Source: Podarcis bocagei (lineage: Eukaryota). Taken from it: 64,000 nt of DNA. This document shows positions 47,779 to 58,943 of the stretch, one piece after another. Positions within the stretch are counted from its first letter, which is position 1. The number at the start of each line of letters is the position of its first letter. The DNA lies in assembly GCA_964188305.1 (NCBI GenBank), contig OZ076890.1. The stretch is one strand, 5' to 3'. The position numbers were made by a program, and so were the translations under genes. Below the pieces are notes generated by a model, which did no database searches, had not been told where the DNA came from, and was given only the letters and a program-made list of their open reading frames with translations.

Positions 47779-50700
47779 AGATATAAGAGTAGGAATGATA
47801 CAGTCCAGAAAGGGGGCAGATAAAAGAGAAGAGAAGAGATTGGCTTGACCACTACTGGCTTTTGCCACACCCATGTCTGGCATGCACACCCTGACATATT
47901 GCAGTCCTTGACAGTGACAACAAAAGGTTTTGCACTTCTGTTATAAATAGAGTACAAAGACCAATTTTAAATATGCAAGTGAGTGCCTCATATGATGGCA
48001 ATTCAGACAGAATGTTCACTCCTTTGGGACCAGTTCATATGACAGTTTTGTTCTACGCAAGCAGTCTCAACCATCCGCAGCAGGTATTCATGTGAAGAGT
48101 GTTCATCTGGGTCCTTATGGATACGCAGTTAACAGCAATTCCACCTACCGAGATAACAGGAATTGTTCCACCTGGATCTGTCAACTCTCACACTACGTTT
48201 ATGCTTACATAAAGGGTCAGAAGTTGGGACTGCTGACATATATAAAAAGGGCGTTTAATTGAGATGGTCCTTTGAAGCACCGCTCTCAAAGAACATACAC
48301 TACTGGACTTCACTGCAGCAGCAAAAGTTTCTAAAGGTGGCCTAAGCAGAGAATAACAGAAGAGGGGCAGGTGAAGGAGGATGGAAAGAATGCCACATAG
48401 CAATAAATCCTTCCATGGCACAGAATTATCATTCCCAGTTATGAGCATACTTCAGTATTAAGATCTAGTCAAAAACTCAAGTTTGACAGGCATGCAAATA
48501 ATACTTCTCTACCATTTATCTGCTTCTTCTTCCTCACACTGTTCACCTCCCATTGTCTCAAAGAGAAAAGAAGTGAGGAGGCTAGCCTATTTCCCCAAAC
48601 CTGACCATGCTACTTGCTCCCCCCAAATCCTTCAGGAAGTAAAAGGGGTTAAGTGGCATTTTAGACATTCGTATATCCATCAGTTACTCCTTCTCTTGAA
48701 CCTGTCTCCTAAAGGAGGCTTAGAAGACAGAGGCAGCAGCAGAATCCTATTGCACACAGACATATTACCCCAGAACTGTTTCAGGAAAGATAGCAGAGGC
48801 ATTGTTCCTCCTGTTCATGAAGGCTAAATCACTAATGCCAAAGCCTCTGGTGGCATCTTCCCCCCACCTCCCATGTAAAGCTGACTTGCATCCATTGCTC
48901 CCCAAGCACCTTGCAAGGGCACTCCTCTACCCAGTAATAACAATCCCAGTTACACGTTTAACTCCTTTGTTTTGGTTTGTGTTGTATCATAACCAGTATC
49001 TGGCAAATTGCCACCTGGTAGAGCAGGACCAAGATTGCAATAGGATGAGTTTCTCCTACCACACCATTTGAGCATCCCCACAAATACTCAGCTTCAACAA
49101 GAACTTATTCCTTGAGCACCAACTAAGTAGTAGTCAGACATGTTTAGAGTCACATGCCTGTCAAGTGTGTCAATAGTGGCTGAATAACCTGGCTTGTCAT
49201 CTTTCAAACTCTACCCTACATTGCAGCCCATTTACTTTGCCTCAGAGAAATCTACCTTTACAGTACATTTATTTTTAAAATGTGATAAACCACCACAAAA
49301 TATTAATTTTCTGTTCGTGGAAACTCAGCACTGTGTTGTGATCACAGAGTCCTACTACAAAGCTGACTGTGCAAACCCCAAAATTAGAACCGTCAGCCCA
49401 TCCTGGCCATTTACTGCATTTCAGCGCGGATTCACACCTCCAAGATAGAATTCCCTGTTCAAACAAGCAGCTCTCAATTATTTCCTCATTCTCAGCTCTA
49501 AAGAACTATGCAATCTCTTTAGACTCACTCGCAATACCATTTTCATTTTATAAAAGTGTCTAACATTGCAGTAAACTGTAAATCAAACCTGAGCTTCAAT
49601 GATTCACAGAACCTGAAGTTCATTTGTATTGGGAAATCTACCCTTTATCTGCTGTCAAAACATAAGAACAGCTATATTCATGCAATAACTTGTGCCAAAA
49701 AGCCCACCTAAGATTTGGTGGCCTCCACCTTATGACATCCCAGAAACATGAGCAGTTTTACTCTTGCCTTCCTATATAGTGTTCTTCATTTTTTCTCCAA
49801 ATTACAAATATTCTTACATGGAGAAACACATTATTAAAACCTCCCACTTTACTGAAACAGTACAGGGCCAGTTAATGTTGCAGATTGTGCAAATGAGCAA
49901 CAAGCACAAGAAAAGAAACCCGATACACAGATCAGGTGGACAACGCACAGGTTAATTTCCTTTTGCACCACAAGTCCACAATGAATATTAAAACATGCAT
50001 CAAGAAGAGTAAAAGTGAGAGTACATGGTCAGACTAGTTCAAGTCCCAGATCACAACATTGATGGCAATACACAGTGGCATTTCTCCCCCCAGACACAAG
50101 GGTGCTGAATTTCATGCAGCAAGCCAAGTATTATCAGAGAAATGTGATCCTCTTTAGATTTTCAGATGTTTTCAGCATAGGCACTGTGAGAAGGTCAAAG
50201 ACAAAATTCAGTTTCAACTTAGTATTGGGTGAACCAATAGTGTAAGTAAATCCATTGATTATAATTAAACCTAGTACATTCTCCATCAAGTATCTTCCCC
50301 TCTCACACACATACCCTGTATCTGCTTTCCTTGATTATTAGCACTTTGCATCCTATATCTGCAACACATTTTTGATCAGTTCTTCACTTGCCAGATGTGC
50401 ATAAAAGTTGTTTAATATCTTTGGTTTTCATATTTCATGAATTTTGGGAAATTAAATACAGTAATATTTTATTAGCTTTAGACTTGTCTATGTTTTGCAT
50501 GAGTCTTTGTTCCAATACATAGTTTTAGAAGAGAGATGCTCTCCACATCTATATCCATCATTTCTCATTCATTAGCATTTTCCCAACTTCTTATTTAACA
50601 AACTGCCTCAGCTGCTTTCACTATAGCAATATGAAACTATTAAGGGCACTGTGTCCTTGGAGATATTAGCATGGAGTCACACTGGCATTTTATTTAATTT

Positions 50701-50924
50701 AAATCAATAATCAACTGAACCCACAAGGGCTCAGCAAAGATAGTGTTTAAGACAAACGATGATATCAACAAGGATATAGAAAATACAGAAAATTATATAC
50801 TCCCTCTGTGGGAGTTCCAAGTACTTTTTGCAAACCACTTTGATGTGGTGGTGGTTGATTTTTACAATCAAACAGTATACATTTTATGAATGAATGAATG
50901 AATGCTTTTCCATAAGAAGCTGTC

Positions 50925-51240
50925 TTACTAGATGAGACCAAAATTCCTTCGAGACCAAAATTCCACTACCGGTACCTCCAATACTGGTGAGCTATATATC
51001 TCCAGAAACTCACAGACAGGGAATGGAGATAATTGTCTTCTCTTGCTTGCACCAGCATCTAATACTCAAAGAAGCACACACCCTCTCAGAGTAATGGCTC
51101 TCTCAAGGCTAACAGCCATTAAGAGGCCAATCCTTCATAAATGTGTTTAATTTTCTAAAGCCATGTAAACTAGTAGCCATTGCTGCATCTCATGGGAGAA
51201 AATGTATTTTGTTAAATACTCGTAGAAGTACTTTTGGCAA
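50925..51240 (-). mobile_element. Degenerate CR1-clade 3' fragment (related to 34965-35340)
   Basis: Reverse complement contains CCCATGAGATGCAGCAATGGCTACTAGTTTACATGGCTTTAGAAAATTAAACACATTTATGAAGGATTGG, collinear with 35062-35140. Confidence 0.6.
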
Positions 51241-51744
51241 GTGTTTCAATTCAACTTCAACTGGCAACCCCAAGATTACAGAATAGAGGAAGAACACTAT
51301 CCATCATCTTGCCAACACAATTTTGTAAACCTCCATCATGTCCAACCATCTACAAAGTCCAGAAAAAGGAGTCTAAAACACTTTAATCACTCTACAAATT
51401 TGTAGGCATTCTTTTCTTGAATGCTTCAGAATAGTAAACAGTATCCAAAAGTGGCACCATAGACAGCAGTCAGCCACCAACAATTCTCTCTACGTTCTTA
51501 GTATTCAAGCTCATCTTGTGAACTGTACAGTCAAAAGTGTATTTGTTGCTCAAATGAGATAGGACTATTTTATCTGCTTCATGTGCATAAATAAATTCTA
51601 TAATTTGCAGCCTCAATATATATATATATTAAATATCAAAACAGAAATCCCGTGTGTATTCTGCTCAGATAGTTGTTACAAGCAGCAAGAAGGGACTACA
51701 TCAATTTATCTGAAGTATGGATTTCACCTGTGTTTGGGAAGTTA

Positions 51745-52450
51745 GGGGAGGGGTAGTACTTCTGGTGGGGGACATGTCATGCTCCTTCTGAAGTAGTCTG
51801 TTCACTTTGGGTCCCCACACTGTGCTCAGCTCTCAGATGGGGCTCCTAGAAGCTGTCAGCATGCAACAGTGGCCACACCCCAGGAAATGGTTTCAGCTGG
51901 CTAACTGATGGGCAGCTGATAGGTTTCAAACCCTCTGCGAGTTAGAAACTTCTCCTGCATGTGAAGACAAGCTCCAGCAGACTGAGCAGACAAGAGCAAT
52001 AATGGGTGCAATGGCCAAGAGGGCGGTTTCTGCATGTGCTATAGAGGGAAGTGAGGGGCTGATGGGGTTCATCAACCTGGGAAGACAGCCTATCCAGGAG
52101 AAGGAAAACTCTTATCCTAAACCTCTGCTGGCTTGCGAGATATTTCAGGAGAAGAAAAGGCTACACAAATCCCGAGCTGAGTCCCTAAGGTAGTTGGACA
52201 GCACCTTGTACATCTCCTTCTGGCAACCCCTGCAGCCAAGCTGGTGCCAAACATGTTGCTCTGCTCTCCACACATCAGAGTGGCCAAGAAAGGGGGTATT
52301 GTTGTCTGGGTAGCCCAGGACCTCCATACACCCTGCCTAGGCTTGCACCCCAGGGAGATCACATCGGTGTGCTAACACAGTGGTTTGACTCTGCCCCTGG
52401 AGGCATATTCCATTCCCTCTTGAGACAGATGGAGGCCAACAACAGCAATG
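51745..52450 (+). mobile_element. Non-coding interspersed repeat resembling an RTE-clade 5' UTR / RTE-derived SINE
   Basis: The first ~200 bp are clearly homologous to 12512-12712. The element ends ...GAGACAGATGGAGGCCAACAACAGCAA in a (CAA)-type tail. The family assignment is from recall only. Confidence 0.55.
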
Positions 52451-54229
52451 GTCAATAATGGGAAATAATTAGTGTGAAAAATATCTGCACCATCCACCTG
52501 GATGCAATCACTTTGCAGAGCCTTAAATTCTTCTGAAATTTAGGAACAGAGGAGAAGAGCAAGAGCATGCAAAAAGTGGTTGATCTCAGTGAAGCAAAGC
52601 CACACTGGAACTCTCTCTTTTCATACCAAGTTGGGCAAACCCTACTCTTAAAAGTGCTGGATGACAGAGCAGAATTGTTTTTATTCTTTACCACAGAGGA
52701 ATGAGGAAAATGTAATATCAGGTTGCTGGCAGTTGGAAAAGAACAGGTAACTCAGCACATATTAATTTCACCCTTTAATCCTTTCAAGCATCAGGACTTC
52801 CCCATATCTTTCCTGTGCATACTCATTTCTAGTATTGATCAGTGAAATAGCATATCTAATGGGCAAAGCCCTTTACACTCTCTCTTGCTTTGACTTTTTA
52901 CTATAATTGCATTGCAAAGAACACTGTTTCATGAGGTTCATGATTACAAGCAGACAAGCAACTAATTACTGGAAGCCTTTAACTGCAGGGTTTTGAATTA
53001 AACCTTGATTCAAATTACTAACTGTTGTAGCATCAAAGAAATCAAACAGCTGGAAATGCAAGCCATTGCAAACAATGGACATGAAATGAAGCTCTCTGAA
53101 AGATCCCTAATGCTAGCCAGGAACTGGAGATTAGACAGAAAAAGCAATGCAAGAACTTCTGAGGCATGGAAGACAAATATTGATTACCTGGGGATTTTGA
53201 ATGTTGATTGGGAATGTTCTTGCTGTGGTACAACATGAGTCACCTGCTTTCCCTCAAGCCCTTTCCCACCAAAAGAAAGATGCAGTTTTTTAATTAAATG
53301 GAACAGTTATCTTAATTAGGACTGGAAAGGCTGACATTTGCTCAGGTTACAGATCAAATACACACAACTTGCATAAGAACTTGCAAGGTGGCTTTCCACG
53401 TGGTTTGGCAAAACAGACCTACTTGTGGGTATTTAATTTTTTTCTTGCAGTTCTCATGCTGTTAAAAGGTAAACTAAAGACTGAAGCGCTCATGCTCAGA
53501 ATGCAATGCCACATGCCATCAGCAGGTTCAGCCACCTTCCCAAGACATGTACCTCAGCTGTTTCCCTATGAAACCATAGTTAGAAGACACGCTCTGTTCA
53601 AGGCAGAAATAGCAACGCGTTTCCTTGTACACTTACTTGGTTTGGTAAATATATAACTACAGTAGGTAATTACCCTGATAGCAGGAAAGACCTTTGGTCA
53701 TGTCCCCTATACATGCCATACCAAACCTCTCCAAATATATCAGCAAATTATTTCCCTAAACTTCAACCTTCATAGACACAAGGCCTAACTAAATATGCTT
53801 GACATTTTCTGATACAGGCAACCTCCCATTTACACGTGTTCTGAGGCACTGCACGCATCAGTGAAATTGTGTATTTTTGAAACACCGCAAGAAAAACCTA
53901 CAAACACCCTGTTACACCCCTGCCCTACCCCCTTTTTGTGACATTTTGGTGACTTTTTGCAACACTTCCAGGTTCGGTGCAATGCATGCATGCATGGTCG
54001 TGCACATAATTGAACGCGCATAAATGGCAGGTTGCCTGTACCCTATTCACTTATATGAGGGAGACAGAATCAAACTCCCAACAAACTTGCCTCTCATTAC
54101 CACTGTACAATCATGCAAAAATGAGAGAAATAATTTTAAAAATATTTGTCTACAGCCTTCTCTCTGTAGCCAACGTTAATACAAGGGCACTTTAAAACAA
54201 GTGATCTTCCATCAGCATTGTGGGCAGTG

Positions 54230-54610
54230 AAAAGGTAAAAAAAAAAGAGCAGAGGACCCCTGGACAGTTAAGTCCAGTCAAAGGTGACCATGGGGTTGCG
54301 GCGCTTATCTCAATTTCAGGCCGAGGGAGAAGGCATTTGTCCACAGACAGCTTTCCGGGTTATGTGGCCAGCATGGCTAAACTGCTTCTGGCGCAAAAGG
54401 AACACTGTGATGGAAACAATAGTGCACGGAAATGCTGTTTACCTTCCTGCCACAGTGATACCTATTTATCTACTTGCACTGGTGTGCTTTCAAACTGCTA
54501 GGTTGGCAGAAGCTGGGAGCTCACTCCGTCGCGTGGATTTGAACCGCTGACCTTCTGATCAGCAAGCCCAAGAGGATCAGTGGTTTAGACCACAGCGCCA
54601 CCTACGTCTC
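54230..54610 (-). mobile_element. Sauria SINE (same subfamily as 4093-4459)
   Basis: Shares the GGTTAAGTCCAGTCAAAGG / TTTGTCCACAGACAGCTTT diagnostic stretches with the 4093 copy. TGGGCAGT repeat on both flanks (54221-54228, 54614-54621). Confidence 0.9.
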
Positions 54611-56729
54611 TACTGGGCAGTACCACATGCACAACTGAATGTTGGAACTAGCATTTTTATTATCACACTATATGTGATGACACCCAGGTCTGTTCACATC
54701 AGGACTAGTCTTATCATTAGATCAAGAGGGACACACAGATTAAGGAAAAATGAACCTTCCTATAACTGCAATTTACCTGTCTGTAGTCTCTTCCCTCTAC
54801 CACCTCCGCCTTGTGAGTCTCACATAGCCCCTCTCACTTCCACTATTGGAGGCCAGCTGGGGGAGTGAAATGGGGAGGGGGAAATAAACTGCAAGGAAGT
54901 AAGTTTAGCACTCAGATATGCATCCACGTGTCCCCTTTTCTCTAAAAAGGCAACAAACCATTGGGTCCAACACCATTACTTTTTATTTTATTTGGACAAA
55001 CTTGGGTCAACAAGTTTATTTGGACAAACTTGGGTCTGCCACAAAACTACTACATGTACACAGCCCTAGGCCATGAAGGGCAGATCTGTCTTCTTTGAAC
55101 TAAACAGACATGAACACCAGGTCCACTAAATATTTTAAGTTAAGGAATTATTTAAACCATTCATTTGATCTTAGAGGAGGAGGATGGAGACATGAAACAT
55201 GGTGTGTCCAGATTATAATAAATCCAATATTTTGCATATGAAAATTCCAAGAACTTCAGATTTGATGAAGATCTAAGTACTGAAGAAATGATTTTAGATA
55301 ACGAATAATCCTTAAGAAAAATGGTTCTTCCATTATGCACCCCAAGGCCTGCATTCCCATTACCCTCTGCTTAAGCCAATAAAATTATTGTAAATCTTGA
55401 CATGTTAAACGCTAAAGCTTTTCTATAAAACTTTACTGCGTTGTATAACCAATATCTTATAGGTTAATTACAGAAGCTCTGAAATATCTTTTCTTTAAGC
55501 TGTGATGCACTAGCAGTCTCATTTAAAAATCCCTCTACATTCTATATTTTCTAGGTTTTTCCACTCTCTCACACATGGTTCTTATTTTAAAATGTGTTGT
55601 TCTGAAGTGCTCCAAACACTAGAGCCCAAAAGCCAAGTATGGAACACTCCTAGTCTAGCACCGGAAAACACACCAGGGCAGCTGTTCCAGAGAGTCTACA
55701 AACTTTTAGCAATTATAGATGTGCCATGCATTAATTAGTATGGTATATTCAGAACTCAAATTAACAACACTAAAATTAGCGCCAGAGCACTTCTGAACAC
55801 CAGAACACCTCTGAACACCAGAGCACACACACACACACTCTCTCTCACACGCACCCAATGCATGCAAAACTCTTTAATGCTAGTTCTTTAATGCTGCAAA
55901 GCTATGTGGGCAAATTTCAGCAGAAGCATGTTTCCATTAAACTAGGTGTCATAGAAAGAACTAGGAAGTGAAATCAACTGCTGGACGCACTGGCATGGCA
56001 ACTTCCAAAATGAAAGAAGTGAATAAAATATACTGAAGGAAACTGTGAAAGGTTTAATCTAAGCGCCGTATATGAACAATGTAAGAAGACGCCTTTCCCC
56101 CAAATCATTAAAAGTACCAAAGCTTTAGACAGAGAAGTTCACAATGATTTAATGAACTCACACCTTAAAGGGCAGCCGCTAAAGCCAGCCATCCTATCCC
56201 CCCAAAGGTGACCATTCTCTATTCATGAGAAGACTAGACAAAAAACTAGACCTCCCGCTACATTAAGGAAGGAATTAGACACAGAGTTTAGTTACCTCTG
56301 CTATGACAGAGATATGAAGAAGAATACAAGAGTGGATCTGTTTCCAGTCTTTTAACACCCGCTTATAAAGTGGAGATTAAAGCTGCATTAATGTTTTTTG
56401 AGGACATAAGAGGAATATGGCACCGGGGAGGAGGGGGTCTCATTTTTGGTCACGGAGTAGGGCTGCCTCCTCCAGTCAGATAAATCACTTGGGACTCTAA
56501 AAGTGTGCCGGGTCACTTCACTGGAGAGCTGGATCCTGCACAGGGGGGTGGGGGGTGAGAGACCTGCAAGCATGGGCAGAGTGCCTTCCTCCACTAACAA
56601 CTTGCGCGGGTATATTTTTCCAGGCTACAAAGGGTCACAACATGGCTCTCGAGCAGACAACCCTACAGTTCAACACTTGATGATTTGATTTTAAAAAAGA
56701 CAAAGACCAAAAAAACAACCCAAGGCACT

Positions 56730-58400
56730 GCTCATATCCCGCAACAGAGCTAGGTCGGGTCAGGATTCCCACCACCCGAGTCGCGCTAACATCGCCCTCA
56801 CGTCGTCTAGTGTCTCCCTCCCTTGCTCTCGCCCCCACCCCCACTCGCACATCCCACCCCTCTTTTTCCCACCCACCCCGCTCTCTACCCAGGTTCCAAG
56901 GACTCACCAAATAGCGACAGGAGAAGCAGCAGCAGGGGCGCGTCCTCCCCTCGGTGCCCCATGCCTCTGCGTCCAGAATTGGGGGCGGGCAAGAAGCGCG
57001 CCGAGAGCCAGCCAGCCGGAGCCCCCCAAGTCGGTCAGCGAGCCAGCAGCCCCTCAGCTAAAGCGGAGCCTCCAACAGGGGTTGGGGCCACAAAGCAATA
57101 ATAACCCGAGCGCGAGACAGAGCAGCGAGCAGCCCTCGCCCGCCTCTTCCCCGCTGGCTGGCTGGCTGGCTTGCCCTGGGAGCCGGCAGGAGCGAGGGAG
57201 CCGCCCGCCTCAGTCTCCGCCGTCGCCGCCGTCCCCCTCCTCAGCCCGGCCGCGCAGCCAACCACAGGGACAAACTTTCCCTGCCCCCGCCCCGCTCCCC
57301 CTCCCACAGGTGCCGAGGGAAGGCCGGCCCGGCCCCCACCCCCTTAAAGGGGAGGAGGAGGAGGTGAAGCGGCTGCGCTCCCCGCCAGCCGGCAGCAGCG
57401 GCTTGTCCTCCGACGGCGCTGCCGAGGGATTCCCCGCGCCGCCTCAGCCCGGCCGAGGGAAGCCATCCACTAGTTCCATTGCATTTAACAAGCAAGCAAG
57501 CTCCGCACCTCGCTCGGCACGCCCCGCACCCGGCGCGCGCTCTCGGCCGGTGCGCGGCGCTCGCCGCCAAATCCCGCCCCTTCCACTCTCCGTCTCGGCG
57601 CTGGGATCCCGAAAGGGGGAACAAAGTGCCGGCAACTAGAAAGCGAAGCCCTTCAAACCAGGCGGGAAGAAGAAAAAAGGCGGGGAGGAAGCAAGGAAGG
57701 AAGTTCGCCGCTCAGGCGGATAAAGCGCGCAAAGAGGCTCAAAATCGAGTAGCCCGAAATAGTCCCACACGTTGGAAGTGAGAGAGGCGAAGGGTCCTGT
57801 CTCGCCTGTCAGCGTCGCGCGGAGGGCTTTATGGCTCGCAGCGCAATCCTAAAGCATGTTGACTCCGGAGTCAGACTGACTGGGTTTTGCTCCCAGGAAA
57901 CGTGGGTTAGGTTTGCAGCCTTAACGCACGCTCGTTTGCAAAGTAAATTCAGTTGAAATGTAGGGGGCGAGGAAGTGAGATGGGCGCACGAGTGCCCCCC
58001 TCCCGCTTCTCCGCTTCAGGGGACGTGTTTGGGCAATATGGGATTATGGGACACGCTGGGGATTACTGGTCAGAGAGGCAGACTCCACGGGAAGCGCTTC
58101 CCACTTGAGAAAGGGTGGGTTCTCGGCGCCACCTGCTTCCCAGTCGCAGCAAGAACGGCGAAACGTCCTCCGCACCTTTTGCTCTAACGGCTTTAAATCC
58201 CTTCCCCTGGCGATGAAAGACAGAAAACAATAAAACTGATTTCTTCACAGCAAGACACACACCTATCAGGGAAAAGGGGGGGCGGGCTTGATCACATAGG
58301 TGTTGGCATCCTTCAGTCCCGAGAGACAATGGAGTGCGCCCCCGGGGTGAAGTCAAACCGCTGCGTTAGTAGCACCAAAGTGGCCTCCCGGGATGCAAGA
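56730..58400. promoter_or_regulatory. CpG island / PTGFRN promoter and 5' UTR
   Basis: Abrupt rise in GC and CpG density against an AT-rich, CpG-depleted background. Contains GC-box (Sp/KLF-like) motifs CCCCGCCC ~57284, CCCGCCCC ~57573 and GGCGGGG ~57679, and surrounds coding exon 1. The exact TSS cannot be determined from sequence. Confidence 0.88.
56908..56962 (-). CDS. PTGFRN: PTGFRN coding exon 1, signal peptide (MGHRGEDAPLLLLLLSLF + G)
   Basis: ATG at 56962 in strong Kozak context (GAGGC-ATG-G), a leucine-rich hydrophobic stretch, and donor TTG|GTGAGT at 56908/56907. Phase 1 joins exon 2 to give ...SLF-A-SCHG-RIVKVP. Lies inside the CpG island. Not in the ORF track because it is too short. 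Confidence 0.9.
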
Positions 58401-58709
58401 AACATCTTCGATTTTTAAAGGAAATCCTTTCCTCAAATCACAAACATGCCTCGCAATATTTCAGTGGTGCTTTATGTTATCTATTATAGTATCCTTCTGG
58501 GCTGGCTTCCTGGGTTATGATCTGGAAAGATGGGACTGGTCGTCTTATTAGGTGGTGCTGGGTTACTGCAATTCTGTCCCATGGTCACCAGCCACCAGGA
58601 ATGCTGAGAAGTTCTGTCTTGTCCCCATTTCTGTTTAATCCCTACATTGGAATTCAATGTCAACCATTCGTTGCTGGTTAAGTGTGGATAGTGTAATTAT
58701 ACAATGAAG

Positions 58710-58726
58710 TCAGTAGGTGGCACTAG
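58710..58726 (+). promoter_or_regulatory. Candidate CTCF site upstream of the promoter
   Basis: TCAGTAGGTGGCACTAG closely matches the CTCF core (CCASYAGRKGGCRC) at the edge of the CpG island. Motif match only. Confidence 0.4.
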
Positions 58727-58735
58727 ACTTTGATA

Positions 58736-58943
58736 CAGTGGTACCTCGGGTTACATACACTTCAGGTTACAGACTCCGCTAACCCAGAAATGGTACCTCG
58801 GGTTAAGAACTTTGCTTCAGGATGAGAACAGAAATCGTGCTCCGGCAGCAGGAGGCCCCATTAGCTAAAGTGGTGCTTCAGGTTAAGAACAGTTTCAGGT
58901 TAAGAACGGACCTCCGGAACGAATTAGGTACTTAACCCAAGGT
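58736..58943. mobile_element. Tc1/mariner-type MITE, family A, right TIR clipped
   Basis: TA|CAGTGGTACCTCGGGTTAC...TTAACCCAAGGT, then diverges (terminal ACCACTG missing). Confidence 0.9.

Larger units (their letters stand above)
1475..56962 (-). other. PTGFRN: PTGFRN gene span in window (coding exons 1-6; gene continues beyond position 1)
   Basis: Six exons splice in frame with canonical GT-AG ends. The translation matches vertebrate PTGFRN from recall, e.g. VIPCNVSQYEGPSEQNFDW, LTHEGKFQPG..Y..RY.SGDVRLD, DDPTEL-like AEDPTELEC, FEMTCKVSSQNIK.PRYSVLI and EFRYRMYQTQISDAGLYRC. Confidence 0.96.

Noticed and set aside
57082-57639. 185-aa and overlapping ORFs in the CpG island
   Set aside because: Stop-codon scarcity in GC-rich DNA gives P/A/G/R/S-rich ORFs in several frames on both strands. 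Mostly non-ATG starts and no domain.
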